The notes: generated by a model from the sequence alone, not told the origin. DNA of 63,420 bases, filler included, from Octopus bimaculoides (GCF_001194135.2; 6 parts of 6 records of this genome joined end to end with filler, not necessarily neighbours in it), one strand, 5' to 3'; positions 49,354 through 61,423 are shown, counted from the first letter of the whole stretch. Made by a program: numbers and translations.

Positions 49354-49405
<52 letters not shown>
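48385..49405 (+). mobile_element. Tx1/L1-type ORF2 C-terminus plus 3' UTR (copy 3)
   Basis: MTELQSWVKDRPRLGAWHLEC, ALPVHDKLYRHG...CPRC...DETVLHALVQCP, YLKRKVRVE; AATAAA then (TTA)n tail. Confidence 0.9.
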
Positions 49406-49406
<1 letters not shown>

Positions 49407-50138
49407 CTCTACTCCCGCAGTAGTCGTCTTTGCTTCTCTCTTCGAAACGCCTTTTATTTCAAGTATTACTAAATTAAATTTTGTTATGAGTACTTGTAAA
49501 AGGGACTTTAAATGCTTAAGGAAAACCTGCCCTCGATACACGGTGGTGTTGATTAAAGGAAAAAGAATGGTTTGTTGCACAGACTTTTAAAATAATTCTG
49601 CCACGTGACGACTATAATGGCTATAGCAAATGCAGCAGTTCGTTTATATAGCAGCTGTGTGAAGTCGATTCTTCGAAAACAAAATAAACATATGGAAGTT
49701 TTAGATTTATCACAAAATTACAAGAAACACGTAAATGGGAGAAATAGGTAAATGCCAACAACATTTCTTTGTCAAAGGAGATAATCCGGAGAAGGCGAAA
49801 AAGTCTCTGAATAAGTGTTGTTTAAGGATATTGAATGAAACACTCATGTTTCCAGAGGCAAATTATTCAAACCCCAAAGAATTCCTCTCAACACATGGCT
49901 ATGATGCTCCGCCACTACTTCTACTCGTGATCAGAGATGCACATATCGTCAGCCACCAAGGGAAATGCTCAACTAGTTAAGGTCAAGCTACTGACAAACA
50001 AATCTGTGGTATTGAGCAGAATATTAGCTGTAGCCCATCTTTTATACCAAGACAAAACAACGTACATGATAACACTTCCAATCAGTCAAGATCAGGAGCC
50101 ATGAGAGCCAGTGCCTGGTATTGCATCAGAGCCATTAT

Positions 50139-50262
50139 TAATGTGGCGAACTGGCAGAATCGTTAGCGCTCTGGATGAAATGCTGAGCGGTATTTCGCCC
50201 GTTGCTACGTTCTGAGTTCAAATTCCGCTGAGGTCGACTTTGCCTTTCATCTTTCGGTGGGG
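50139..50262 (+). mobile_element. SINE family C, 5' part
   Basis: GTGGCGAACTGGCAGAATCGTTAGC...GTTCTGAGTTCAAATTCCGCTGAGGTCGACTTTGCCTTTCATC. Confidence 0.9.
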
Positions 50263-50859
50263 GGGGNNNNNNNNNNNNNNNNNNNNNNNNNNNNNNNNNN
50301 NNNNNNNNNNNNNNNNNNNNNNNNNNNNNNNNNNNNNNNNNNNNNNNNNNNNNNNNNNNNNNNNNNNNNNNNNNNNNNNNNNNNNNNNNNNNNNNNNNNN
50401 NNNNNNNNNNNNNNNNNNNNNNNNNNNNNNNNNNNNNNNNNNNNNNNNNNNNNNNNNNNNNNNNNNNNNNNNNNNNNNNNNNNNNNNNNNNNNNNNNNNN
50501 NNNNNNNNNNNNNNNNNNNNNNNNNNNNNNNNNNNNNNNNNNNNNNNNNNNNNNNNNNNNNNNNNNNNNNNNNNNNNNNNNNNNNNNNNNNNNNNNNNNN
50601 NNNNNNNNNNNNNNNNNNNNNNNNNNNNNNNNNNNNNNNNNNNNNNNNNNNNNNNNNNNNNNNNNNNNNNNNNNNNNNNNNNNNNNNNNNNNNNNNNNNN
50701 NNNNNNNNNNNNNNNNNNNNNNNNNNNNNNNNNNNNNNNNNNNNNNNNNNNNNNNNNNNNNNNNNNNNNNNNNNNNNNNNNNNNNNNNNNNNNNNNNNNN
50801 NNNNNNNNNNNNNNNNNNNNNNNNNNNAGGAGAGAGTGTGATGGGGGACAGACTGACTG

Positions 50860-51422
50860 ATGACAGAGATGATGATGAGGATAATGATGACAATGACGAT
50901 GACGATGACGATGACGATGATGATGATGATGATGATGATGACGATGATGATGACGATGATGATGACGATGATGATGATGATGATGATGACGATGACGAGG
51001 ATGAGGATGAGGATGATGATGATGATGATGATGAGGAGGAGGAGGAGGAGGAGGAGGATGACGACGATGATGATGGTGGTGGTGGTGGTGCTGCTGGTGG
51101 TGGTAGTGATCGTGGTGGCGGCGGCGGCGGTGGTGGTCATGATGATGTTGATGATGATGCTGGTGGTGGTGCTGATGGCGTTAGGAACGAAAGTAACGAT
51201 CATGAATGTGACATTGGTTATTATGTTGTTATCGATTTTATTGTTTTGTGTTAGGTTAACTAACGCTGATCTAACAAATTATCTATCATGAAAAGCAATC
51301 CAGTCGTGACCACCACCCCATCCTTTTGGAGAACTGGAAGATGTAAACTGAGGGAGGTTTGGCTGTGATTTCTAACAGGTTGACGTTTGTTGTAGTTGCT
51401 GTTGATGATGATGATGATGATA

Positions 51423-51481
<59 letters not shown>

Positions 51482-51628
51482 AGTGGTGGTGGTTGTGGTG
51501 ATGACAAAGACGACGACGACGGCAATGATGATGATTATGATGGTGGTGGCGTAAAGAGGAAAAAGAAGAGAGAGAGGGGAAAGAGTGAGAGAGAGAGAAA
51601 AAGAGAAAGAGAGGGAAAAGGGAAGAAA

Positions 51629-51670
<42 letters not shown>

Positions 51671-51750
51671 AGAAAGAGAGGGAAAAGGGAAGAAAAGAGA
51701 GAAAGAGAGAGAGGGAGAGAGAGAGAGAGGGAGAGGGAGAGAGAGGGAGA
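50860..51750. repeat. Compound (GAT/GAC/GAG/GGT)n tracts and a purine-only GA tract
   Basis: Direct inspection; explains the poly-D/M/I ORFs. Confidence 0.95.
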
Positions 51751-52459
51751 TAAAGGTCAGTTACTGTTGTTTATATCTGAATTAGAAAATATATAAGATG
51801 GATGTGTGTATGTNNNNNNNNNNNNNNNNNNNNNNNNNNNNNNNNNNNNNNNNNNNNNNNNNNNNNNNNNNNNNNNNNNNNNNNNNNNNNNNNNNNNNNN
51901 NNNNNNNNNNNNNNNNNNNNNNNNNNNNNNNNNNNNNNNNNNNNNNNNNNNNNNNNNNNNNNNNNNNNNNNNNNNNNNNNNNNNNNNNNNNNNNNNNNNN
52001 NNNNNNNNNNNNNNNNNNNNNNNNNNNNNNNNNNNNNNNNNNNNNNNNNNNNNNNNNNNNNNNNNNNNNNNNNNNNNNNNNNNNNNNNNNNNNNNNNNNN
52101 NNNNNNNNNNNNNNNNNNNNNNNNNNNNNNNNNNNNNNNNNNNNNNNNNNNNNNNNNNNNNNNNNNNNNNNNNNNNNNNNNNNNNNNNNNNNNNNNNNNN
52201 NNNNNNNNNNNNNNNNNNNNNCCGATTCTTCTTGAAGATTCCATGGAAATTTCACATTACAATATATAAATATTCTTTTATTGACCACCATTACATTGCT
52301 TCAATATGTTAATGTTAATGATTCTTTTATGATAATGAGTTAAGCTTCATTATGTTAATGATATTCTATGATAATGAGCTAGACGAACGATTGAAGTTAT
52401 TTGTAAATTAGGTTTTGGAAAACAATATATAACTAGTTACAACACAACAGGCATTCCAA

Positions 52460-52664
52460 AAGTGGCGAATTGGCCGAATCGCCATTGCTTAGCGGTATTT
52501 CGTCCGTCCTTTTGTTCTGAGATGAAATTCCACAGAGGTCGACTTTGCTTTTCATCCTTTCGGGGTCGATCAAATAATTACCAGTTCAGTGATGGAGTCG
52601 ATGCAATCGACTTACTCCTTACACCGAAGTTGCTGGCCTTGTGCCAAATCTTGAAACCAATATA
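52460..52664 (+). mobile_element. SINE family C, near full length
   Basis: GAGGTCGACTTTGCTTTTCATCCTTTCGGGGTCGATC...GGCCTTGTGCC. Confidence 0.88.
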
Positions 52665-53065
52665 ACAGGTATTCCTGTTATGTTAGTCATAACTCAGAAG
52701 CCGAAATCATCACTCAGAATAAACCATCACTCAAAAAATATATATTTTACTAAAAATTTTAGTTACTAAAATTGATTAAATCTCTGATGGTTAGCTCAAA
52801 ACGTCACATAATACAATATTTCTCATCTTACCTCTTGTTTTGTTAATTTGCGTAACTTTAATTCCACTGTCCAACGGGTTTCGTATTCCAGAGAAAAACA
52901 CAATTCTCTTTGACTGAACTCCAACTGTTGTAATTGTATTTCTATTTTATCAAAGGTCTGACTTTGTACCTTTATTTATTGTCATTGTATATGACAAACG
53001 TAACAGAAAGGGAATCATTTCTAGCTTGAATGGTAAATTTGCGTCGCTTGGTGACATTCTAATTC

Positions 53066-53345
53066 CCTCCCTCCATCCATCCATCCATCCATTTTCTCCA
53101 CTATTCCTGGGATAATCGTGGAGAGAATCCCCAGGCTCATCCTCCATAGGGTATTTTCAGAATCAACCATCATTTCATTTTCCGGCTGGATTCCCAAGCA
53201 CGTGCAACTGAGATCGTTAATATTGTCTAGTCATCTCGTTTTGACTCTACCCATAGGTCTAATACCTGTCGGTTCGGCTCGAAGGATTTTCTTTCGATTC
53301 TTTCCTGCGACTTTCTAATCACATATTCGCAGTACAAGAGCTGTG
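53066..53345 (-). mobile_element. RTE-clade LINE 3' end with (TGGA)n tail
   Basis: Minus RKILRAEPTGIRPMGRVKTR.LDNINDL...; (TCCA)n on the plus strand at 53066-53092. Confidence 0.7.
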
Positions 53346-53520
53346 ACCTCTCAATTCTTGGTATCATAATTTGTCAGCCAGTTAAGGTGCCACCTATTAT
53401 TGAAACTTCAATGCAGTTTTGACGATGTTTGAGAACCTGGAGTCTGGTTCCATTGCAAAATCCTTGTACTTCAGTTAAATTCCGCAAATGCATCAAAACT
53501 GCACTAATTTTCAAATTTAG
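53345..53520 (-). pseudogene. Helitron-type PIF1 helicase fragment
   Basis: LNLKISAVLMHLRNLTEVQGFCNGTRLQVL...NCIEVSIIGG...G*QIMIPRI matches the PIF1/RepHel motif (MLLRNL...GLCNGTRL...IPRI). Confidence 0.85.
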
Positions 53521-53531
53521 GACATATCCTA

Positions 53532-53610
53532 CATCATCATCATCTCGTCATCATCATCATCTCGTCATCATCATCATCTCGTCATCATCATCATCTCGTC
53601 ATCATCATCA
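53532..53610. repeat. 17-bp tandem repeat x4 derived from (CAT)n
   Basis: CATCATCATCATCTCGT four perfect copies from 53532. Confidence 0.95.
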
Positions 53611-53704
53611 GCGGCAGCAACAACAACAGCAGCAGCACCATCACACAGCCACCAACACCATTATCATCAGGGTCGTCGTCATCAGTTGGTAAATGATTCC
53701 TTAT

Positions 53705-53890
53705 TATAGTTCCAATTCCAGTATGAAGTAACCAGATTGTGAAATATGTCTACTGCTCGGTGACGTCACTAAAATTGGTTGAACTTGGTTGAAATTGATA
53801 GTGTTACGCCTAATTGTAATGTCCGCAACAGTAGCTTCGGTGGCTGGCAAAATTTTAATTGAAACTTGTCCGAAGTTTTCATCAAGTAGG
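53705..53890 (-). pseudogene. Possible upstream part of the same Helitron helicase
   Basis: KILPATEATVADITI weakly resembles ILxPTNxxVxxIN; position upstream on the same strand is consistent. Confidence 0.35.
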
Positions 53891-54093
53891 TGATATATAT
53901 ATGTATATATATANNNNNNNNNNNNNNNNNNNNNNNNNNNNNNNNNNNNNNNNNNNNNNNNNNNNNNNNNNNNNNNNNNNNNNNNNNNNNNNNNNNNNNN
54001 NNNNNNNNNNNNNNNNNNNNNNNNNNNNNNNNNNNNNNNNNNNNNNNNNNNNNNNNNNNNNNNNNNNNNNNNNNNNATATATCTATATATATA

Positions 54094-54367
54094 TATATAT
54101 GCATATGTGGGCACAGGATGTCATGAAACGTGTACAACAAAAAGGTAGGACGCCACGAGTACATGGAACATGAACTATTCTTTCGAACAACGAAAAACAT
54201 AAATGGAAAACAAAGCAAACAACATAAAGAACGACCCTTCATCAGTTGTTGGCTGTTTTGCTAGTCTCGTATTTCGAGCATTTAACAACATTGTTCGATG
54301 TACTCGCGCTTCCTACTTTTTTGTTGTACACGTTTCATGACATCATGTGCCCACATATGCATATATA
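54094..54367. mobile_element. MITE-like element with ~70-bp TIRs embedded in (TA)n
   Basis: 54094-54164 TATGCATATGTGGGCACA.GATGTCATGAAACGTGTACAACAAAAA.GTAGGA...GAGTACAT is inverted at 54298-54367. Confidence 0.85.
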
Positions 54368-54551
54368 CGTATAGATGTAAGTATGTACATATACGTATGT
54401 ATATATCCATAATTTAGGGTATCTAAGAGATACCACCTATATTATAATTTTTATAATAATTATTACCTTTGAAGTTTTATTCCCATCCTTATATATATAT
54501 ATAATTTATATTATTATATGATTGAATGCCAGGCATCCTCTTCCAAGTAAG

Positions 54552-54587
<36 letters not shown>

Positions 54588-55467
54588 CAGGTAAAGTACT
54601 TTATAAGCTCTCTGTTGGTACACCGGCCTTACAATATTGATTAGATTAGTGAATAACTCCAGGTATTCTTATGGCAGGGTCCAAGATTATAGTTCAGCAC
54701 CATTATATATTGTAAATCCGTGGTTTGGCTTCAGTCAAACTGGTTTTTACACAGTGTGATATATAAGACAAGGTATAAATAATGGTCATGACGTATTTCT
54801 CCTTTATTGGAGCAAATCTGGCTTACAGCTGTTTCCAGTAATCATTATAGGTACGTTACTGATAGGTTTACTGAATTGGTCTATTAATCAGTTGAGAAAA
54901 ATTGAACGGCGTAAAAAAAATTAATGCTACTTTAGTCATAGTCATTTCTAGTTACATATAATGACCATTATTTATGCACGCGCACACACACACGCGCGCG
55001 CGCGCACACACACAGACAGACACACACACAGACACACATACACACAGCTTCAAACCAACAGACACCTCCCTCCACTATCATCCCCACCACCACCACCACC
55101 ACCACCATTGCCGCCGCCGCCGTCACCCTCACCACCACCACACTCTCCCAGAGGTTTCTTGTCCTCTTAGATGGCTTCCAGTGTAATACACAGTGAAATT
55201 TATTGATTCCACAGTTAGGCAAAGGACGACAGTTAATACGACGGAAGCAATAACGATCTTGGCAGACATTAGTTGTTAAATTTGTTATTGCTTAGCGTCA
55301 GGTTAGATTTTATTTCGCAGATCTATGATCAAAAACAATCTAACCGAGATTATTCCATATGGTTTTTAGGAATGGTTTATCTAACACTACGCTAAAGTAA
55401 TGTGTCCTTCGTTTTTCTAAAATGGTTGTGTTCGATTTTAAAGACATTTGTCTGCTCATTGTAAACA

Positions 55468-55941
55468 GGGCAGGCGTGGCTGTGTGGTAAGAGGTTTGTT
55501 TCCCTACCACATGGTTCTGGGTTCTCTTCTACTGTGTGGCACCTTAGGCAAGTGTCTTCTACCATAGGCTCTGGTCGACCAAAGCCTTGTGAGTGGATTT
55601 GGTAGGCGGAAACTAAAAAAAACGACGTCGTATGTGCATATGTGTGTGTGTATGTGTGTGTGTGTGTGTTTGCGTGTGTGTATGTGTATATATGTATATA
55701 TTTATTCAGATGTATGTGTGTATGTGTGCGCGCGTGTATCTTTGTATCTGTATCTGTGTTTGTCCCTCACCACCGCTTGACGGCCGGTGTTGGTGTGTTT
55801 ACGTCCCCGTAACATAGCGGTTCGGCAAAAAGAACCGATAAAATAAGTACTGGGGTCGATTAGTACCACTAAAATTCATGAAGCCGATGCCCCAGCATGG
55901 CCGATGTCTAATAATAAGCGAAACAAGTAAAAGATAAAAGA
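55468..55941 (+). mobile_element. SINE family A, full length
   Basis: All modules present, with an internal (TG)/(TA) tract of ~130 bp and an AAAAGA tail. Confidence 0.9.
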
Positions 55942-56745
55942 TATTGTTATCATTTAAGACGTCCCACAATATCCAATATCGTGATGTTGTTGGTTGAAGA
56001 TATTGTGTCTACCGGGGGTTTGTACTGTCTGTCAAGTCACGACAAGGACCTCAGACTGACAGCACTTTATGCAATATGCGTGCAGTTTCAATTAATGCCG
56101 ATTTTTGCAATACACTTAGATTGTAGTGTATTTTTAAAGTTTCCAGATGTTTCTTCAGGCTGGTTGGTATTGAACCCAATGCTCCGACGATGACCAGGAC
56201 AACCTCTATGTTTGACTCTCGTAGCTGCCACATCTTAGCGATCTCAATTCTCAGGGTCTCCATATTTATCAACCTTTTCTCTTTCATTCCTGATATGGTG
56301 ATCTCCTGACACTGGCACGTCAATTACTAGGCATTCTTGTTTGTCCCTTCTTAAGGTTACTATATTTGGCCTTCGGTACTCTAACACCTTGTCTGTTTGG
56401 AAGTCAAAATCCCAAAGGACTTTTGCTTTCCCCTTTCCATCCATTACCTTTTCCACTGTATGTTGGTACCAAGCATCCATTACCTCGCATCCATACTTCC
56501 GGCATAGTAGTCAGTGGAGGTTTCAGGCTACCTCGTGTCTACGCTTGTACTCTTTCTGTGCAAGACTTTCACAAGCACTAACAATGTAAGTCACGTTTTA
56601 GGCTCTCTTCCCACACATTCTGCAGAGGTTCGTTGCACTTGTATGGTATATATCCCTTTTCATTGAGTTGGTATTCAATGCTTGATCCTGGGCAGCGATA
56701 ATTAAGCTTTCACTCTTCTTTTTTAGGTCTTCAATCGTTCGTCTA
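55942..56745 (-). mobile_element. R4/Dong-clade LINE 3' end (CCHC plus restriction-like endonuclease plus 3' UTR)
   Basis: IIAAQDQAL, CRMCG..., LWDFDFQTDKVLEYRRPNIV...CLVIDVP, EKVDKY, VIVGALGSIP...LQKSAL..TARIL (PD-D/ExK RLE). Confidence 0.92.
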
Positions 56746-56817
56746 GCTCATTATCATAGAATATCATTAACATAATGAAGCTTAACTCGTTATCATAAAA
56801 GAATCATTAACGTTAGC

Positions 56818-56885
56818 AGAGGTGGATATATGTCATATCGTGTCCGAAGTATACTGCGGACACGATATGACATATATCCACCTCT
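56818..56885. repeat. Near-perfect 68-bp palindrome (29-bp perfect arms)
   Basis: AGAGGTGGATATATGTCATATCGTGTCCG, spacer A-AGTATACT-G, then the exact reverse complement. Confidence 0.97.
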
Positions 56886-57081
56886 ACTATTCCAGCCTTT
56901 GCTACAACAACTATCTCCGGAAAATTCCCACAAGGATTATTTACACGGATACTTACTACTGGAATGAAGCTACACTCCAAGTACTGTTTTTTCTTTCTTT
57001 TTTCAGCACATCACACTCACTCTCACTTCCTACAATAACTCTCCGCTTATAGATATAATAATCGATTCCTCTACTATTTCT

Positions 57082-57130
57082 GTCTCCGATGAAGGGATGC
57101 ATTGGATCTTCCCTGAAACAGCTGTAAGAC
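57082..57130 (+). ncRNA. Type I hammerhead ribozyme motif (U4C variant) in a Penelope-like segment
   Basis: Stem I GUCU/AGAC; core CCGAUGA; stem II AGGGA/UCCCU; GAAA; palindrome ACAGCUGU; GUA site 57124-26. Confidence 0.7.
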
Positions 57131-58504
57131 TCTATCCATAAAATATATTTCTAACTTTACCATTGTTCTCTTTATCCTTTTCTCTATTTATATATATATA
57201 TNNNNNNNNNNNNNNNNNNNNNNNNNNNNNNNNNNNNNNNNNNNNNNNNNNNNNNNNNNNNNNNNNNNNNNNNNNNNNNNNNNNNNNNNNNNNNNNNNNN
57301 NNNNNNNNNNNNNNNNNNNNNNNNNNNNNNNNNNNNNNNNNNNNNNNNNNNNNNNNNNNNNNNNNNNNNNNNNNNNNNNNNNNNNNNNNNNNNNNNNNNN
57401 NNNNNNNNNNNNNNNNNNNNNNNNNNNNNNNNNNNNNNNNNNNNNNNNNNNNNNNNNNNNNNNNNNNNNNNNNNNNNNNNNNNNNNNNNNNNNNNNNNNN
57501 NNNNNNNNNNNNNNNNNNNNNNNNNNNNNNNNNNNNNNNNNNNNNNNNNNNNNNNNNNNNNNNNNNNNNNNNNNNNNNNNNNNNNNNNNNNNNNNNNNNN
57601 NNNNNNNNNNNNNNNNNNNNNNNNNNNNNNNNNNNNNNNNNNNNNNNNNNNNNNNNNNNNNNNNNNNNNNNNNNNNNNNNNNNNNNNNNNNNNNNNNNNN
57701 NNNNNNNNNNNNNNNNNNNNNNNNNNNNNNNNNNNNNNNNNNNNNNNNNNNNNNNNNNNNNNNNNNNNNNNNNNNNNNNNNNNNNNNNNNNNNNNNNNNN
57801 NNNNNNNNNNNNNNNNNNNNNNNNAAAAAAAAAAAAAAAAATCAGCGAACCTTTTCCGCTTTCGAAAGGAAAGAACACCAACTCAAATGACAATCAGGAG
57901 ATTACTCACCGTGGAGAGGAGACACCCATCACCACATTGAAATAAATGACACATCGTGTAGCCAACGTAGAATGATGCACATGAAATATGTGAGGACTTA
58001 CGGGAAGAGATATTGACAAGGGAAACGATGAGGTCAGAGTACTTAGACCAAAGAAAACACATTATTGATATCGTACTCCGATTGTAGTTACAAGTCAAAC
58101 CAACCTTACTTGTTCATTCTGAAACAAGAACTTCTCACAGAAGAGTCGGGGCGTAATATTCATGAAAAAGTCCATGAAATAGGCAGCTATTTAATTAGCA
58201 ATATGTCCTCATCATCACAATCTGAATCGTATTTTACTTCCTATGGGTATAGCTTAAAATTATTATTACTCTCTTGTAATGGATTGTATGTTTTTCTCAT
58301 TATTTTAAAAACTAGCCCCTACGTCTATTAATATCTTTTATCCTCCCCACGTTTCGTTTTATGTAATTTCACTGTCCTTCCGCACATCTTTATGTAGAAC
58401 TACCCGCTAACGTCCTACGTATGTCTTTATTCATGAATGAATTACATAAAATTGCCTCCAGAGGGAGTTCATAGACAGACTAGTCTGAGCCTCAGAATTA
58501 ATGC

Positions 58505-58660
58505 CCCGCGATATTTTATTCTAGTTCTTTAAGTTCTAAGTCTAAATCGAGCCGAAGTAAAGTTTACCTTTTATCCTTCTGTGATCGATAAAATGAAATA
58601 CCAACCGGTCAAATACTACGGTCGATAGTATCGACTCACATCCTCCCCTCAACCATGTGT
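58505..58660 (+). mobile_element. SINE family C, degenerate
   Basis: TTTATCCTTCTGTGATCGATAAAATGAAATACCA...GGTCGATAGTATCGACT. Confidence 0.55.
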
Positions 58661-58792
58661 CGTGTGTCAAAATTTGCTAGCCATGTGTTAATATTTGAAG
58701 CGATTATTATTATTATTATTATTAAATTCAAATTACGACAAACATAAACAAACAAACGAAGTTTGCTTTTAGAGGCGTTGAGATGTCTTAGA

Positions 58793-59136
58793 AAGTTAAA
58801 GAAGTGATTTTAAATTTTCAAACGCCGGATAATGCTAATAATATAGCCTGAACAGGATAAGCTACCCCTATTTTGCAGGAAAAACTGTAGGTGGTTAGCT
58901 GTGAACTCGAACTCACATCTCCGTGATCCCGCGTCACTGCTTTTGCAGAGGAATTTGTAGTGGGAGAGTTTAGCTCAATCGGTCGAGCATCGTGACGCGT
59001 AATCACGGAGATGTGAGTTCAAATCCACAGCTAACCACCTACACTTTTTTCTGCAAAATATGAATAGTTTATCCTGTTCAGGCTATATTATTAGCATTAT
59101 CATGCGATTGAGAATTTAAAATCACTTCTTTAACTT
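58793..59136. mobile_element. Fold-back element with 145-bp inverted arms around a tRNA-like core
   Basis: 58793-58937 versus rc 58992-59136, 130 of 145 identical by manual count; (TTA)n on both sides. Confidence 0.88.
58964..59037 (+). pseudogene. tRNA-Thr(CGT)-like sequence (pseudo-tRNA or SINE head)
   Basis: A box TAGCTCAATCGG, perfect anticodon stem CGTGA/TCACG with loop CGCGTAA (CGT; non-canonical G33), B box GAGTTCAAATCC; acceptor stem poorly paired. Confidence 0.65.
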
Positions 59137-59143
59137 ATTATCA

Positions 59144-59202
<59 letters not shown>

Positions 59203-59344
59203 TACTTTTAATCTGCCTCTTTGTTACAGTCAGCTGCCGAGGCACACCCAGCGTCCTGGGGCGAGTGAAAGATAAGAGATGTTACAGTATGACTGAAAGC
59301 TTGGGGAGGGGAGGTAAGAAATATCTTCAAGTAATACAACAGAG

Positions 59345-59465
<121 letters not shown>

Positions 59466-60676
59466 NNNNNNNNNNNNNNNNNNNNNNNNNNNNNNNNNNN
59501 NNNNNNNNNNNNNNNNNNNNNNNNNNNNNNNNNNNNNNNNNNNNNNNNNNNNNNNNNNNNNNNNNNNNNNNNNNNNNNNNNNNNNNNNNNNNNNNNNNNN
59601 NNNNNNNNNNNNNNNNNNNNNNNNNNNNNNNNNNNNNNNNNNNNNNNNNNNNNNNNNNNNNNNNNNNNNNNNNNNNNNNNNNNNNNNNNNNNNNNNNNNN
59701 NNNNNNNNNNNNNNNNNNNNNNNNNNNNNNNNNNNNNNNNNNNNNNNNNNNNNNNNNNNNNNNNNNNNNNNNNNNNNNNNNNNNNNNNNNNNNNNNNNNN
59801 NNNNNNNNNNNNNNNNNNNNNNNNNNNNNNNNNNNNNNNNNNCTGGGATTAATTCCACTCTCTCTTAGAATCAGCTCTACTGCCTATTGCTCTGTGAGAG
59901 GGTTTGTTCTTTCCATTCACATCGTCCCCTTTTTCTAGAAATGGAGATGGGGGGGGGCAGTGATTCGAAAGTTTCTCTCATAGAAAAACTGATTTGGTAC
60001 TGGAACCTTCCAAAGACAGATCAGTGTATAGTAGTAGTAGTAGTAGTAGTAGTGCTTGTAGTAGTAATAGTGCTAGTAACGTTCTGTTGTATCTGATAAT
60101 CCACACAGACCTTCAGGAAGGGTCTGCAGGGTAAATGCAACACTTTGTTTCACTCCGAACATACTGTGGACATTCCGAATGAAGGGTGGAAGTCAGCTCT
60201 GAACCCCTCGTTACTGGTGGTTAGCCCTACTAGAACATAGCACCTATGCCTCCTTCAGATCACGTCTCATTATCTCAAATAATGTTTTAGTGTTAGGCTG
60301 TTTGTATTTGGGAAAGAGACAGGATGGCCACGGCCGGAATATTTTTAATCTTAGGCTTAATTAATCAAGATCGACCTGAGGCTAAAGAACAGCAACAACA
60401 CCAACTGATTCCCTTAGAAATTCCACCCCACCATCTTGAAAAGTGAGGAGTACATTGAATAGTGTACTCGCCGAAATGCAATGCCCCTAGAGAAGGTCGT
60501 GATGGTCATGAGTGAAACGCTTTTGATCATATCGCAGTTTCGTCACCTGGGGCTAAACATCAGCAACAATATCAGCAATAACATCTCAGTGCCCTTTTGA
60601 TCTATAAATTATTGATTTTATATCACTGACACAATATCATCGAATTGTAATACGAGAAAGGGAGAGAGAGAGGGGA

Positions 60677-60725
<49 letters not shown>

Positions 60726-60867
60726 NNNNNNNNNNNNNNNNNNNNNNNNNNNNNNNNNNNNNNNNNNNNTTAATTAATTAANNNNNNNNNNNNNNNNNNN
60801 NNNNNNNNNNNNNNNNNNNNNNNNNTTTCTTCGTTTTATTTGCTTTTTTCTTTTTAAATTTGCTGTT

Positions 60868-60900
60868 TTACCCTAACTCTAACCCTAACCCTAACCCTAT
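60868..60900. repeat. Interstitial (CCCTAA)n telomere-like tract
   Basis: ACCCTAACTCTAACCCTAACCCTAACCCTA. Confidence 0.8.
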
Positions 60901-61240
60901 CACCGATAGAATTGTTTCAGAATCGTTTGTTTATGTAGTCGGCACTTAATGTATATCGGCTGAATGGACGTCAGTGATTGGTTGAAATTACAGAAATACG
61001 ACAACTTTAACATGGAATAACTTAGGGATTTCTTTTTTTTAAAGAAGGCTAAGAGAAAAAGATGTTTTATATGACACATTCTACCAGTGTTCCAAGTTTC
61101 AAAGTGTTTCGTTAATGAAAAATGTGGCCCCCGTTTTAAAAAAGATCTTATGTGTGTGTAAGTGCGTATGTAAAACATACTATCCAGTAGCCAAGTCTGT
61201 CGATGTGTATGTGTGATCATATGTGTGTGAGTTTATGTGT

Positions 61241-61282
<42 letters not shown>

Positions 61283-61380
61283 AGAGAAAGAGAGAAATAT
61301 ACAAAAGCCCTCAAATGCAAAATTCCAGTCTCTGATTTATGCACTCTCTCCATCTTACACTCTCTATCTCTGTCTGTCTG

Positions 61381-61423
<43 letters not shown>

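Noticed and set aside
49735-49860. Mariner-like N-terminus (QHFFVKGDNPEKAKKSLNKC)
   Set aside because: Only ~20 aa of weak similarity, with no TIR pair or downstream domain.
50838-51796. Poly-Asp, Met, Ile and Arg-Glu ORFs (similar at 40553 and 61203)
   Set aside because: Translations of microsatellites, with no splice or domain support.
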